From NCBI GenBank assembly GCA_943368735.1, contig CALRLQ020000012.1, forward strand, positions 22,440-86,439: a stretch of 64,000 bases of DNA. Direction: 5' to 3'. The notes beneath the pieces are model-generated. The model worked only from the letters and a program-made list of their open reading frames with translations, was not told where the DNA came from and did not search any database. Below are positions 1 to 11,958 of this stretch, piece after piece. Position numbers and translations under genes: made by a program. The first letter of the stretch is position 1. Each line of letters starts with the position of its first letter. Source of the stretch: Rhizobium sp. Q54 (GTDB lineage Bacteria > Bacteroidota > Bacteroidia > Chitinophagales > Chitinophagaceae).

Positions 1-1275
<1,275 letters not shown>

Positions 1276-1395
1276 TTAATGCAAGGTTTAGCTTAAATAA
1301 ATGATTTGCTAAGTTATTGTAAGTGCTATTTCTGAACATTTCAAAATGGGGGGACAAATAATGCAACGTACTTACACATTCATTCAAAAGATGAA

Positions 1396-4300
1396 TTATT
1401 TTTTGTATTCGGATGGTGTTACATTGAACCTTTCTTGAAATCTTTTTCTAAAATATTTGATATCGTTAAAGCCCGATTCGTAAGCTACTTCTGTAACAGA
1501 ATATTTGCCACTTTCTAGCAATTTAGCAGCATGATTTAAACGTGCAGTACGAATAAACTCGTTACCCGACATGCCAGTGATTGCCTTGAGTTTGCGATAA
1601 AAAGTAGATTTACTCATGAACATATGATTTGCCAACTCATCGTTATTGAAATTGAAATTGGCAATATTTTCTTCCACTACTTTCATGAGTTTATATAAAA
1701 ACTCTTCTTCATAAGTTTCTATCTCAAAATTACTTGAACCCAGAAATATTTTTTTGGCATATAAATCTTTCAGTAGATTTCTTGAGTTAATTAAATTATG
1801 AATGTGTACCAATAAAAGTTGAGAGTTGAATGGCTTTGGTAAGTAAACATCGGCACCTTCTCTAATGCCCTCTACATGATGATTCATATCAGATAATGCT
1901 GTAAGTAAAATGATGGGAATATGAGAAGTGTTTTTATCGGATTTTAGTTTTCTACATAATTCAATACCATCCATTTCAGGCATCATTACATCGCTAACAA
2001 TAAGGTCTGGAATTACTTCAATGGCTTTTTCAACACCTTCTCTACCATTGGTAGCTGTAATTACTTGATACGATGGTGCTAAGGTTTCGTACACATATTG
2101 TAACATATCAGATTCGTCTTCTACCAACAGAATAATAGGTAATTCATGCGTAATTGATTCGTTTTCTTCCATCATGGCATTTGAGTTTAAAGTCGTTTCA
2201 ATTGTTTGATTAATATTGGCTAAAGCATTGCCTTGTATAACTAAACCGGTATCAGATTTTAACAAAGGTGGTAAATTAATGGTAAATAAACTACCATTCT
2301 TTCCATTGCTATGTGCAGTAATTTTTCCATTGTGTAAAAGGGTGAGTTCTTTTACAAATGAGAGTCCAATTCCTGTTCCAGAAATATTGGTAGCATTGGT
2401 TTCTTTGCCTCTATAAAATCTATCGAAAATGAGTTCTAATTCACTTGGTGGAATACCCATTCCAGTGTCTTGTATAGTAATAATGCAGTGTTGCGTTTCA
2501 TCTTTATAAACAGATAAAGTTATACTACCATTATTGGGTGTAAACTTAAATGCATTGGCTAAAATGTTGAATACAATAATTTCTAGTTTATTGTAGTCGA
2601 AAGTGAATGCAACAAATTTTTCTTTGGCTATAAATTGGTATTGAATATTTCTACGAGCTGCTTCATCGCTAAAAAGGGTATAAATATCTCTACAAAAAGA
2701 AACAATTTCGCCTTGTTGTGGTGTAAGTTTTAAACTGCCAACTTCAGCTTTTTGAAAGTCGAGTAATTGATTCACCATTCTCAACATTCGTTTAGATTGT
2801 TTTTGAATTAATCTTAAACTTCTTGCCACAGATGATTCTAAGTTTTTTCTTTGCAATAAATCGTCAATAGGTCCTAATATTAATGTAAGTGGTGTTCTAA
2901 ATTCATGAGATAAATTGGTAAATAATCTTTCTTTAAAATCGGATAATTCGTTTTCTTGTTTTCTTGCTAAATTGGTTAATACTAATTGATTTTTTAGATC
3001 AACCTGACGTAAGCCAATATACCGAGTTAACCACAATAAAAATAAAAAAATTAGTATATAAGAAGTATAAGCCCACCAAGTTTTCCAAGGTGGTGGAAGA
3101 ATATTTATTTTTAATTCTAGGGGCGTTTCATTCCAAATTTTATCGCTATTGGTAGCTTTTACTTTTAATGTATACGTGCCAGATTTTAAATTGGTAAAAG
3201 TTACCAATCTGTTTTTTCCAGCATAAACCCAACTTTTATTAAACCCTTCTAAAATATACATGTACTCGTTTTTGTCGGGTGAATGAAAATCGAGTGCAGC
3301 AAATTCAATAGAAAAAATATTCTCTACATGGTTTAACGTAATTTCTTTTGTTTCATAGAATGGTTTTATCAAAATATTGCTATCGCTTACCAAACGCCCA
3401 AACTCATACGATTTATTATTGATGCTTAAATTGGTAAAATAAATAGGAGGGGTGAACTTATTGATAAGAATACTATCTGGATGAAAATAAGTTAATCCTT
3501 CTGCACCTCCGAAAAAAAAGTTGCCATTTTTGTCTTTGTATTGAGCATCTTCTACAAATACATTTGATTGAATACCTTCTTTTTTATCAAAAACTGTAAT
3601 TCGTTTTGTTTGTGGGTTTAGTCGTATAATTCCTTTATTAGTACTAGCCCATACATAGCCTTTGTCATCGGTAATTACTGCATTTACATAATCGCTAGGC
3701 AATCCATTTTTTGAAGTAAAAGTGGTAACATATATTCTTCCATTTTTATAATCATTGATCATATTTAACCCAGACTGAGAAGCAGCCCAAATATTACCAT
3801 GCTTATCTTCAGCTAAACTATGTATGGTATTGTTGCTAATAGAATTTTGCAACTGATTGTTTTGTGTGAATACTTCAAAATTATCTTTTGCAACATTATA
3901 CAAATGCAAACCTTTAAAGGTGCCTACCCAAATTCTTTTTTTAGAATCTTCTATAATACAAATAGCTCTTTCGTTTTGTAGTGCACCCTTCACATTTGCA
4001 GCAGGTGTGTATAATTTAAATGTAGGTTGTTGCATATTAATGTTAGTAATACAAACAACACCATGCTCTTGAGTACCTATCCAAATTTTACCATCTGAAC
4101 CTTTAATAATGGTATGAATTTTTTTGTTTTTAAGATAAGCTCCTAATGCAGTATTTTCATAAAAAGTTTCTATTGCTCCAATATTTTTACCAACATTTTT
4201 TATTCGAAACATGCCTTTAATTGTTCCTATCCACAAGTAGTTATCAACTTGTAAAAAAGCTCTTGTTTCCCAAGGCAGTTTTGCTTTAGTTGATTGGTCA

Positions 4301-5517
4301 ATTTGTGAAGAATTTACATTAATAAAGTTTACCCAATTGCTAGAATATTGAATATTTCCACTTTTGGTACCTAGCCATAGTTTATTAAAGGGATCTACAT
4401 AAACCGAATAAATATGGCTACTGCTCATTAATGCATTTGTTTTTACATCGTATCCTATGTTGTGAAATTTTTTTTGGTTTAAATTAAATTTAAAAATGCC
4501 TGTACCATCGGTTCCTATCCAAAGTAAGCCAGATGGGTCTTCTTGAATAGATAAAATAATTTGATTATCATTGGTATACAGTCCAGGGATATTTAATTCT
4601 ACTTTTTGAAATTCTTCTGTTGTTCTATTCAATTTATTTAAACCACCGCCCCAAGTACCAACCCAAAGTTGATTTTTAGAATCTAAGAAAATACGATAGG
4701 TATTATTAGAAGTTAATGATGTAGGACTCTGTTTATCTAGTCGGTAATTTGTATAGTTTTTCGAACTTAAATCGTACTTGTATAAACCATTATCCCATGT
4801 GCCTAGCCATAAACAATTGGAAGATTTATCTTTAACAATAGAAGTAATATTAATGCCTTCTTTTCCAAAATTAATGGTGTAATCGTTTTGTAAAGTTGCA
4901 GTTAAATGTCGTAAGCCTTTGTCTGTAGCTAGCCAATAACCTCCTGCATCATCTGTTTGAATATCGAATGTTTTTAAAGTCGTATTCAATATTTTAAAGT
5001 TGCCCGTTTTTTTATCTAAATATTGAAATCCCTTCCAAGTACCTACAAACAATTTTTCTGTATCTGTATCTAAAATTGAAAGGATATAATCTGCATTAAA
5101 TTCACCTAAGTCTTTATTGCTATGTTCATAGTTTCTAATAATACCTGTTTCAAGATTGTATTCACTTAAGCCACCAGATTTTGTACCAATCCAAACATTG
5201 TTTTTTCTGCCATTGTGTAATACTTCAATAGATTGGCTTAATAAATTGGTATTGTTTCCAAAATCGTATTTCAGGAGTTTCATTTCATATCCATCGAAAC
5301 GATGTAATCCACCTCTTGTTCCAAACCAAATAAATCCTTTTTTATCTTGAATAATAGAAGTAACCTCATTGTTTACCAACTGTTCAGTAACATTTACAAA
5401 TGAGCTAGTCTTTTGACTGTAGCTGTCAAAAGTGAATAATAGTGTTAGTAGGCAAGCAAATATGCAACGAAGAATTAACAAAGCAATCTTGATTAAACTG
5501 TTAATACGGGCAAACAA
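1396..5517 (-). CDS. Hybrid two-component system regulator (periplasmic beta-propeller/Y_Y_Y sensor, HisKA, HATPase, REC, AraC-type HTH)
   Basis: 1373 aa. It has many repeats of the W-G/L-GT-xxGL type, then a TM segment, FTNLSHEFRTPLTLI (H-box), GTGIGLSFVKEL (G2 box), ILLVEDE...SDVMMPEMDG (receiver) and a C-terminal AraC HTH (KSTFYRKLK...GFNDIKYFRKRF). The track start is a TTG and there is no nearby in-frame ATG. Confidence 0.9.
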   Translation of the reverse strand: MFARINSLIKIALLILRCIFACLLTLLFTFDSYSQKTSSFVNVTEQLVNNEVTSIIQDKKGFIWFGTRGGLHRFDGYEMKLLKYDFGNNTNLLSQSIEVLHNGRKNNVWIGTKSGGLSEYNLETGIIRNYEHSNKDLGEFNADYILSILDTDTEKLFVGTWKGFQYLDKKTGNFKILNTTLKTFDIQTDDAGGYWLATDKGLRHLTATLQNDYTINFGKEGINITSIVKDKSSNCLWLGTWDNGLYKYDLSSKNYTNYRLDKQSPTSLTSNNTYRIFLDSKNQLWVGTWGGGLNKLNRTTEEFQKVELNIPGLYTNDNQIILSIQEDPSGLLWIGTDGTGIFKFNLNQKKFHNIGYDVKTNALMSSSHIYSVYVDPFNKLWLGTKSGNIQYSSNWVNFINVNSSQIDQSTKAKLPWETRAFLQVDNYLWIGTIKGMFRIKNVGKNIGAIETFYENTALGAYLKNKKIHTIIKGSDGKIWIGTQEHGVVCITNINMQQPTFKLYTPAANVKGALQNERAICIIEDSKKRIWVGTFKGLHLYNVAKDNFEVFTQNNQLQNSISNNTIHSLAEDKHGNIWAASQSGLNMINDYKNGRIYVTTFTSKNGLPSDYVNAVITDDKGYVWASTNKGIIRLNPQTKRITVFDKKEGIQSNVFVEDAQYKDKNGNFFFGGAEGLTYFHPDSILINKFTPPIYFTNLSINNKSYEFGRLVSDSNILIKPFYETKEITLNHVENIFSIEFAALDFHSPDKNEYMYILEGFNKSWVYAGKNRLVTFTNLKSGTYTLKVKATNSDKIWNETPLELKINILPPPWKTWWAYTSYILIFLFLLWLTRYIGLRQVDLKNQLVLTNLARKQENELSDFKERLFTNLSHEFRTPLTLILGPIDDLLQRKNLESSVARSLRLIQKQSKRMLRMVNQLLDFQKAEVGSLKLTPQQGEIVSFCRDIYTLFSDEAARRNIQYQFIAKEKFVAFTFDYNKLEIIVFNILANAFKFTPNNGSITLSVYKDETQHCIITIQDTGMGIPPSELELIFDRFYRGKETNATNISGTGIGLSFVKELTLLHNGKITAHSNGKNGSLFTINLPPLLKSDTGLVIQGNALANINQTIETTLNSNAMMEENESITHELPIILLVEDESDMLQYVYETLAPSYQVITATNGREGVEKAIEVIPDLIVSDVMMPEMDGIELCRKLKSDKNTSHIPIILLTALSDMNHHVEGIREGADVYLPKPFNSQLLLVHIHNLINSRNLLKDLYAKKIFLGSSNFEIETYEEEFLYKLMKVVEENIANFNFNNDELANHMFMSKSTFYRKLKAITGMSGNEFIRTARLNHAAKLLESGKYSVTEVAYESGFNDIKYFRKRFQERFNVTPSEYKK

Positions 5518-5695
5518 GATACAGTAAAATTGTTTTCGCCAATACGATCATCAATTATTAAAGAAAGATTACTAAAGAAATGAATAGTAGAATAAGTAAT
5601 CCATAAACCACTGCTAGTTTAATGCTAATCCAGCGATTATTTTTCTCTATATTTCTATTGCCTGGTTGAAAGCTCATTAGCTTGAATTTCTATTA

Positions 5696-7162
5696 TTATT
5701 GAATATTTTTTTTCTTGAAGTTTTGTAATTCTTCTGGATTTCTTACACGTAATTCTCTGTTATTCATTAAATCGTCGTGAATCATTAATGTAATGGTATC
5801 CCAAACAGGACCTTCTGTCCAAATAGGTTGTTGCTTATCTAATTGCCATTGATTTAATTTTTCCTTCATTAGCTTATACACAGCAGGTTGTTGTTGTTTT
5901 ACATCTTTGGTTTCGCCTAGGTCTTTTTCTAAATTATATAAACGATCTTCTAGTTGCTTTACATGAATTAATTTGTATTGCTTGTATCTTATTGCCATAG
6001 CTGCATCTTTACGCCAAACCAAATGCTCATGTGGCGAACCTTTTTTTGTTCCATAGATATAAGGCAATAAGCTTACTCCATCGGTTTGCGTTTTTTGTAA
6101 GGTAGTTTTTGCACCTGCAGCATCTAATACAGTGGGTAAAATATCTAATGAAGAAACCAATCCATTAAATACCTTTTTATGCTGAATGGCTTTAGGCCAA
6201 CTGATAAAGAATGGAATTCGCTGACCACCTTCGTATTTATTTCCTTTAAAACCTTTTAAGGGCAAATTGCTCGATTGATTATTGTGTGCACCTCCATTAT
6301 CGCTTAAAAAAATGATGATGGTATTCTCAAAAATTTGTTGCTTTTTTAATTCATTTACCATTTTGCCCACTGCTCTATCTAAAGCAAACGTCATGGCAGC
6401 AAGTTTTTGTCGTGGATGATTTTCAAATAATTTCATATCGCTTTCACTAGCTTCCATGGGTGTATGAACAGCGTTGGGAGCCCAATACATGAAGAAAGGT
6501 TGGTGCTTATTTTTTTGTATATAATCAATGGCTTTATCTCCTAATACATCGGTTAAATAGCCATCAAATTTTACTTGTGTATTGTTTTCGAATAGTGCAT
6601 TTTTAGCACCTTCTCGATCGTCTTTTTTAGGTTGATAGAAATAACTTCTTCCACCACTTAAAAAACCATAATAATATTGAAATCCTTTTTTTAGAGGATG
6701 TTGACTTGCTTCAAAACCCAAATGCCATTTTCCAAATGCAGCAGTTGCATAACCTTGTTGTAATAAGAATTGAGGAATTAAAGTTTGAGAATTATCCATG
6801 CCGGTATATCCATCTCCTTCATTACATTCATACCCAAAACGTTGTTGATATTTACCAGTTAATAAGCCAGCTCTTGAAGGGCTACAAACCGATGCTGATA
6901 CATGGCCATCTTTAAATAGAATAGATTTGTTTGCTAATTGATCAATGTTGGGGGTTTGTAAATCTTTTGAACCCATGAAACCAAAATCGGCATAACCTGC
7001 ATCGTCTAACAATATTATAATAACATTGGGCTTTGTTTTTGTTGCTTCTGTTTTAAAACTTGAATTGAACAAAACTATAGATGCCAATATTGTAGAAAGC
7101 AAAACACCGCCTATGCAATAGTATTTTTTATGATGATGTATAGATGCAATAAAGGGTTTCAT
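5696..7162 (-). CDS. Sulfatase (S1, formylglycine-dependent)
   Basis: 488 aa with a signal/TM N-terminus, LLDDAGYADFG metal site, SVCSPSRAGLLTGK (C-x-P-x-R formylglycine motif) and GKWHLG. Confidence 0.9.
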   Translation of the reverse strand: MKPFIASIHHHKKYYCIGGVLLSTILASIVLFNSSFKTEATKTKPNVIIILLDDAGYADFGFMGSKDLQTPNIDQLANKSILFKDGHVSASVCSPSRAGLLTGKYQQRFGYECNEGDGYTGMDNSQTLIPQFLLQQGYATAAFGKWHLGFEASQHPLKKGFQYYYGFLSGGRSYFYQPKKDDREGAKNALFENNTQVKFDGYLTDVLGDKAIDYIQKNKHQPFFMYWAPNAVHTPMEASESDMKLFENHPRQKLAAMTFALDRAVGKMVNELKKQQIFENTIIIFLSDNGGAHNNQSSNLPLKGFKGNKYEGGQRIPFFISWPKAIQHKKVFNGLVSSLDILPTVLDAAGAKTTLQKTQTDGVSLLPYIYGTKKGSPHEHLVWRKDAAMAIRYKQYKLIHVKQLEDRLYNLEKDLGETKDVKQQQPAVYKLMKEKLNQWQLDKQQPIWTEGPVWDTITLMIHDDLMNNRELRVRNPEELQNFKKKNIQ

Positions 7163-7172
7163 TGGTGTATGC

Positions 7173-8603
7173 TTATTTCTTTTTTTGTTTGTTGTATTGT
7201 TCCTCTTGGCTTAAACCTAAAAATGCTGGAGGTATTGTAAACGATTCCCATTTTTTTCTTTTTTGTTCAAACTGTTCAATTGTTTTTTTATGTTGTTCTA
7301 CAACATTTGTTTCTTCTCCAATATCACTTTTTAAATCATATACACTCATGCTTGTATCTCTCAATATCACTTGTTTTAAGCCAGATGAATGTAATACAGC
7401 ATAATTTTTAGGGTCGAACTGACGCCAAAATAAATATTCGTGTGGAGCTTCTTTTTTTGTACCATGAATATGTGGTATTAAATTAACTCCATCTAACTGA
7501 TTCTTGGGTTTTAAGCCACCACTAATATTAGCAGCAACAGTGGCAAATATGTCTAAAGAAATAATGGGGTCATTAAATACTGAATTGGCTTTAATTTTTT
7601 TAGGCCATTGCATAGCAAATAGAACTCTAATACCACCTTCAAATAAAGAACCTTTGGCACCCCTTAACACTCCATTATTGCTGCTATTGTCTTTTTCTGG
7701 ACCACCATTATCAGATAAAAATATTACAATGGTATTTTCATCAATATTTAGTTCTTTTAATTTGTTGAGTATAGCACCAACACCATCATCTACAGCACTT
7801 ACCATTGCTGCATAGATTTTTCTTTTAGGATCTTTAATATCTTCAAAACGACTTAAATATTTTTCACTTGCTTGTAAAGGTGTATGTGGTGCGTTATATG
7901 CAAGGTATAAAAAGAAAGGTTGTTGTTTATTTCGTTCAATAAATGCAACTGCTTCATTCGATAATTCATCGGTTAAATATTCTTTCGACTCAACTATATT
8001 TTCATTCCTAATCAGTTTGGTACGATAGCTTTGTCCTTCGTTTTTTGCACTATCCGGATGGTTAATATCATATTCGTTAGGGAAGTATTTATGACCACCA
8101 CCTAAAAATCCATAGAACTCATCAAAGCCTCGTTTCCAAGGTCTAAATTGTTCATGAACGCCCAAGTGCCATTTGCCAATTCCCATTGTTCGGTAACCTG
8201 CTTGTTGCAACAATTGGGGCAACATTTGCTCGTTTAAGGATACGCCAATTTCTGGATCAAATGGTCTATATAAAGGGTTACGGCTGTAACCAAATCTATC
8301 TTGATATCTGCCTGTAATTAAACCTGCTCTACTTGGAGCACAAACAGCATAGCTTACATAAGCTTGTGTAAATACAATGCCATTTTTTGCAATGCGATCT
8401 ATGTTAGGAGTAGGTATGTCTTTACATCCATTAAAGCCAACATCGGCATAACCTTGATCATCGGTTAAAATAATAATAACATTAGGTCTATCTGCTTTTA
8501 TGGGTTGCTCAACATTGTTTTTATTGGTAAATGATGTAATAATAAAAAATATACTACAGCTAATAAATGCAATGTTTACAAAGAGGGTGCTGTTTTTTTT
8601 CAT
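7173..8603 (-). CDS. Sulfatase (S1, formylglycine-dependent)
   Basis: 476 aa with LTDDQGYADVG, AVCAPSRAGLITGR and GKWHLG. It is a paralog of the neighbouring sulfatase, with a 10-nt gap between them. Confidence 0.9.
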   Translation of the reverse strand: MKKNSTLFVNIAFISCSIFFIITSFTNKNNVEQPIKADRPNVIIILTDDQGYADVGFNGCKDIPTPNIDRIAKNGIVFTQAYVSYAVCAPSRAGLITGRYQDRFGYSRNPLYRPFDPEIGVSLNEQMLPQLLQQAGYRTMGIGKWHLGVHEQFRPWKRGFDEFYGFLGGGHKYFPNEYDINHPDSAKNEGQSYRTKLIRNENIVESKEYLTDELSNEAVAFIERNKQQPFFLYLAYNAPHTPLQASEKYLSRFEDIKDPKRKIYAAMVSAVDDGVGAILNKLKELNIDENTIVIFLSDNGGPEKDNSSNNGVLRGAKGSLFEGGIRVLFAMQWPKKIKANSVFNDPIISLDIFATVAANISGGLKPKNQLDGVNLIPHIHGTKKEAPHEYLFWRQFDPKNYAVLHSSGLKQVILRDTSMSVYDLKSDIGEETNVVEQHKKTIEQFEQKRKKWESFTIPPAFLGLSQEEQYNKQKKK

Positions 8604-8633
8604 TATCTATTTTTCAGAATATTTTATCTAATA

Positions 8634-10268
8634 TTATTTTAATTCAATGGCTCCCATATCTGGTTTGCCTTTTATGGCATTGCCTAAAATATCTTGTTTC
8701 ATTTTCAGACCTATTCTTATACCAATGGTATCATTTGGTATTGGCTGAATATGAATGCCTTTATTTTTAATTATTTTTTTGTTGGTGGGTATATAATCTG
8801 TTAATGCTACACCTCCTTTATTGGTGTAAAAAGGGTTGCCAATTTTGGGAGATTCATCTTTTACTGGAGCTTCTAATGGCCAGTTGTTGGCATTTAAGTA
8901 CAAATTATTTTTAAATACTACATTAGGAATACCATCTGTATCTACTTCTACTTTTTTTTGATCGCCTGCAACTATTTTTGCTGCATCTTCAAAATAAAAA
9001 ATATTGTTTGCAATGTATACACCATTGGCACTGCTACTTATTGCAACTCTTGGTGTTATACCTGCTGTAACATAAATAGTATTGTTATAAAAATAACTAT
9101 TGTAAGGACCAGCATTTTTTTTATCATTTCCTTGATAGCCACTCAGCCAAAATATTTTTCCTTCTTGAAATGCTCCATTAACACCTTTTACTCTAAAACC
9201 ATCATTAATACTAATATTGTAGCGATAGGCACAATTGAAGTTGTTGCCTAAAATTTCGCAAAAACCACCAGCATTGTTGGCACTTAAATTATACTGTACA
9301 ATAACATCGTTACAATTAAAATCTATGTGAATGCCAGCACTATCTCCAGGTCCATTGGCATTTTCAAAACGATTATGTTCAATTAAAATGTTCGAACAAC
9401 CCCAGGTCCATAAACCACTACCTCTGCTCCAATTTCTACTATCGGCAGTAGAACCTGAGTATTGAATTTGGTTATGATGAATGTGCCCATCGACTACTCC
9501 AGAAAACTGCATACCTGGTCCGCCGGTATGCGTTATTTTACAATTGGCAATTTCTATATTTTGAATACCATTGGTGGTGGCGGTGAATTTTAAACCTGTA
9601 TGACTTACTTTATAAACTTCTGCTTGCAGCACTTTTACATTGGTTAATTTCCCCAATTTAGTGTTATTGATAAATCGAATTCCCCAACCATAGTTTTGTG
9701 TTCCATTGGCCGATTTTATTTCGGCAGCCGAACGTGTAAATCCTGGAGCATAATAAAATACATCGTGTACAACAACATCAATTAATTCAATACTTTCAAA
9801 GGGTTCGTTTTTAGTAACTTCAACTAAAATACCACAACGAATTTCAGTTTTTTTATTGGTGTTATTTGATTGATAGGGGGTAGATGCAGTTACCTCTACA
9901 CCTATTACTTTTACAAATGAAGCATTTTGTATAAGTATTGTATGTAATTCGTTTCCTGCATCTAAAATAGGTTTACTGCTGTTATTATTATAATCATAAC
10001 TAGCAATAACGATTGGTTCAGTTGCACTGCCATTTACATTTACAATAGCTAACATGCCTGTAAATTGTTGGCCTTTAGCTAACAAAATTGAATCCCCTTT
10101 TTGTAGCTGAATATTTTTTAGAGATTGAATCGTTTTAAAACATTGCACTTTTGTAGTACCGCTGTTTTGATCATTGCCATCAAAACCATTAATGTAATAG
10201 TTTGTTGCATACAGCTTTTCGCTACAAATAAATGAAAGGAGAAAAAATATAAATGACAGCAATTTCAT
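8634..10268 (-). CDS. Secreted right-handed parallel beta-helix repeat protein (candidate polysaccharide lyase/hydrolase, family not assignable by eye)
   Basis: 544 aa with a signal peptide. It carries repeated short N/G/I-rich coils (e.g. IANCKITHTGGPGMQF, IHHNQIQYSG, IEHNRFENANGPGDSAGIHID, VQYNLSANNAGGF) typical of pectate-lyase-fold proteins. Confidence 0.65.
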   Translation of the reverse strand: MKLLSFIFFLLSFICSEKLYATNYYINGFDGNDQNSGTTKVQCFKTIQSLKNIQLQKGDSILLAKGQQFTGMLAIVNVNGSATEPIVIASYDYNNNSSKPILDAGNELHTILIQNASFVKVIGVEVTASTPYQSNNTNKKTEIRCGILVEVTKNEPFESIELIDVVVHDVFYYAPGFTRSAAEIKSANGTQNYGWGIRFINNTKLGKLTNVKVLQAEVYKVSHTGLKFTATTNGIQNIEIANCKITHTGGPGMQFSGVVDGHIHHNQIQYSGSTADSRNWSRGSGLWTWGCSNILIEHNRFENANGPGDSAGIHIDFNCNDVIVQYNLSANNAGGFCEILGNNFNCAYRYNISINDGFRVKGVNGAFQEGKIFWLSGYQGNDKKNAGPYNSYFYNNTIYVTAGITPRVAISSSANGVYIANNIFYFEDAAKIVAGDQKKVEVDTDGIPNVVFKNNLYLNANNWPLEAPVKDESPKIGNPFYTNKGGVALTDYIPTNKKIIKNKGIHIQPIPNDTIGIRIGLKMKQDILGNAIKGKPDMGAIELK

Positions 10269-10508
10269 TAGGGGAAATGTTAATCGTTAAGAATGTTATT
10301 ATTGCTAGACAATGTTTTCAAAAGCTATGAATGTGTTTTTTGAAACTTACATTCTATTCACAATAATTCGATCAATAAAACTAATCTTACTTACTGAAAT
10401 TAGCAGCATGTCAACTTTCAAAATTGGGGTGTATTCAATTCAAAAAAAAAACTTAAGTTTTGTATCATTGAATTGATGAAGTAGAGTAGGGCAGATGATT
10501 CTATTGTT

Positions 10509-11912
10509 TTACCAATCATCTGTTCTAAAAGAAGATGCAGGTAAACCTTGAATATTAAACAAGCTACCTACTGCCCAACTTTTAAAAGCATATCGAACAT
10601 GAAAAGGGTTTTTAACTGAATCGTTCCAAACAATTACTTGTCCGTTTTTATCTTTTTGTATTGTTGCCTCTGCAGGATAAAAAACTTTATCTTCTCCTGC
10701 AATTTCAAAATCTGATAATGGTTTATCAAAACTGCTTAAACCTAAATCACAATAATCAAATTTTACTATGATTTTACCATTATTGGTTTTTTGCATTTCT
10801 TTATATATGGGTCCACTAAAAGCAAATCCTTTTATTAGATAATCTTTTGCTAAAGCCCAATAGGCTAAACGATTACCTACTTGTTCTTTTTGTGCAGGAT
10901 GAATAACAGTTCTTTCTCCAATATCCATGGTTACTGCCATGCCTGTATTGGGTACTGTTTGCATGGTTTTTAATTGAGCTTCACGTAAAAAAGCTGAATT
11001 TATTTTACCGGGTTCAAATGGAGCAATTTGTACAAAATAAAAAGGGAAATCACCCACTTGCCATTGCTTACGTAAAGCAAGAATCATGGCTTTACTTAGT
11101 GCTGTATACTCATGTGCATTTTCTCTATTTCCTTCACCTTGGTACCATAACATGCCTTTTATGGTATAACCAATATATGGATGCAACATTGAGTTGTACA
11201 TGATGGTAGGGGTACGATTAGGCATAGAATCGGGCAATATAGCTGGAATTATTTTGTTGGGAAATGAAGCCAAGGTTTCTTTATCCATCCAACTTTCTAT
11301 AGTGGAAGCTCCCCATGCTGTTTGAATAATACCAATAGGAACATTAAGTACCGATTGCATTTTCTTGGCAAAAAAATAGGCCGTAGCACTAAAATTACCT
11401 GTAGTACTAGGATTAGCAAATTTCCATTCGCCTTTTGAATTTTCAAGCGGTGTAATACTTGCTGAACGTGGTGTGTTAAAAAAACGAATATTGTTGTTGT
11501 TAGAATTCAATATGGCTTCATTGCTACCAATAATTGGTTGATTGGAATATCCTTTCACAGGCATTTCCATATTGGATTGACCCGAGCAAAGCCATACTTC
11601 ACCAATTAATATATTATTGAATATAATTTCCTTGCTTCCTTTTACTGTTAATGTATATGGGCCACCAGCTATAGGTGTTTCAAGTTTTAATTTCCATTTG
11701 CCATTAACGTCTGATGCAACTTTAGCATCTTTACCCCAACTGCCTTTTACGGTAATTTTTTTGTTTGGTTCATCTGTACCCCAAATTGATACAAGCTGTT
11801 GTTGTTGTAACACCATATTATCGCTGAAGAAATTTGGTAAAGTTGTTTGTGATAGTACATTATTGAATAATACCATTACTGCACTAATAAAAGTAAAAAG
11901 CAATTTTTTCAT
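10509..11912 (-). CDS. Sialate O-acetylesterase-like (SASA/DUF303) carbohydrate esterase
   Basis: 467 aa with a signal peptide and GEVWLCSGQSNME (catalytic GQSNM block), followed by WYQGE. Confidence 0.8.
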   Translation of the reverse strand: MKKLLFTFISAVMVLFNNVLSQTTLPNFFSDNMVLQQQQLVSIWGTDEPNKKITVKGSWGKDAKVASDVNGKWKLKLETPIAGGPYTLTVKGSKEIIFNNILIGEVWLCSGQSNMEMPVKGYSNQPIIGSNEAILNSNNNNIRFFNTPRSASITPLENSKGEWKFANPSTTGNFSATAYFFAKKMQSVLNVPIGIIQTAWGASTIESWMDKETLASFPNKIIPAILPDSMPNRTPTIMYNSMLHPYIGYTIKGMLWYQGEGNRENAHEYTALSKAMILALRKQWQVGDFPFYFVQIAPFEPGKINSAFLREAQLKTMQTVPNTGMAVTMDIGERTVIHPAQKEQVGNRLAYWALAKDYLIKGFAFSGPIYKEMQKTNNGKIIVKFDYCDLGLSSFDKPLSDFEIAGEDKVFYPAEATIQKDKNGQVIVWNDSVKNPFHVRYAFKSWAVGSLFNIQGLPASSFRTDDW

Positions 11913-11958
11913 AGCAAGTAAATAGTTTGTTTGAAATGTATAGATAAAGATTTAGGAT

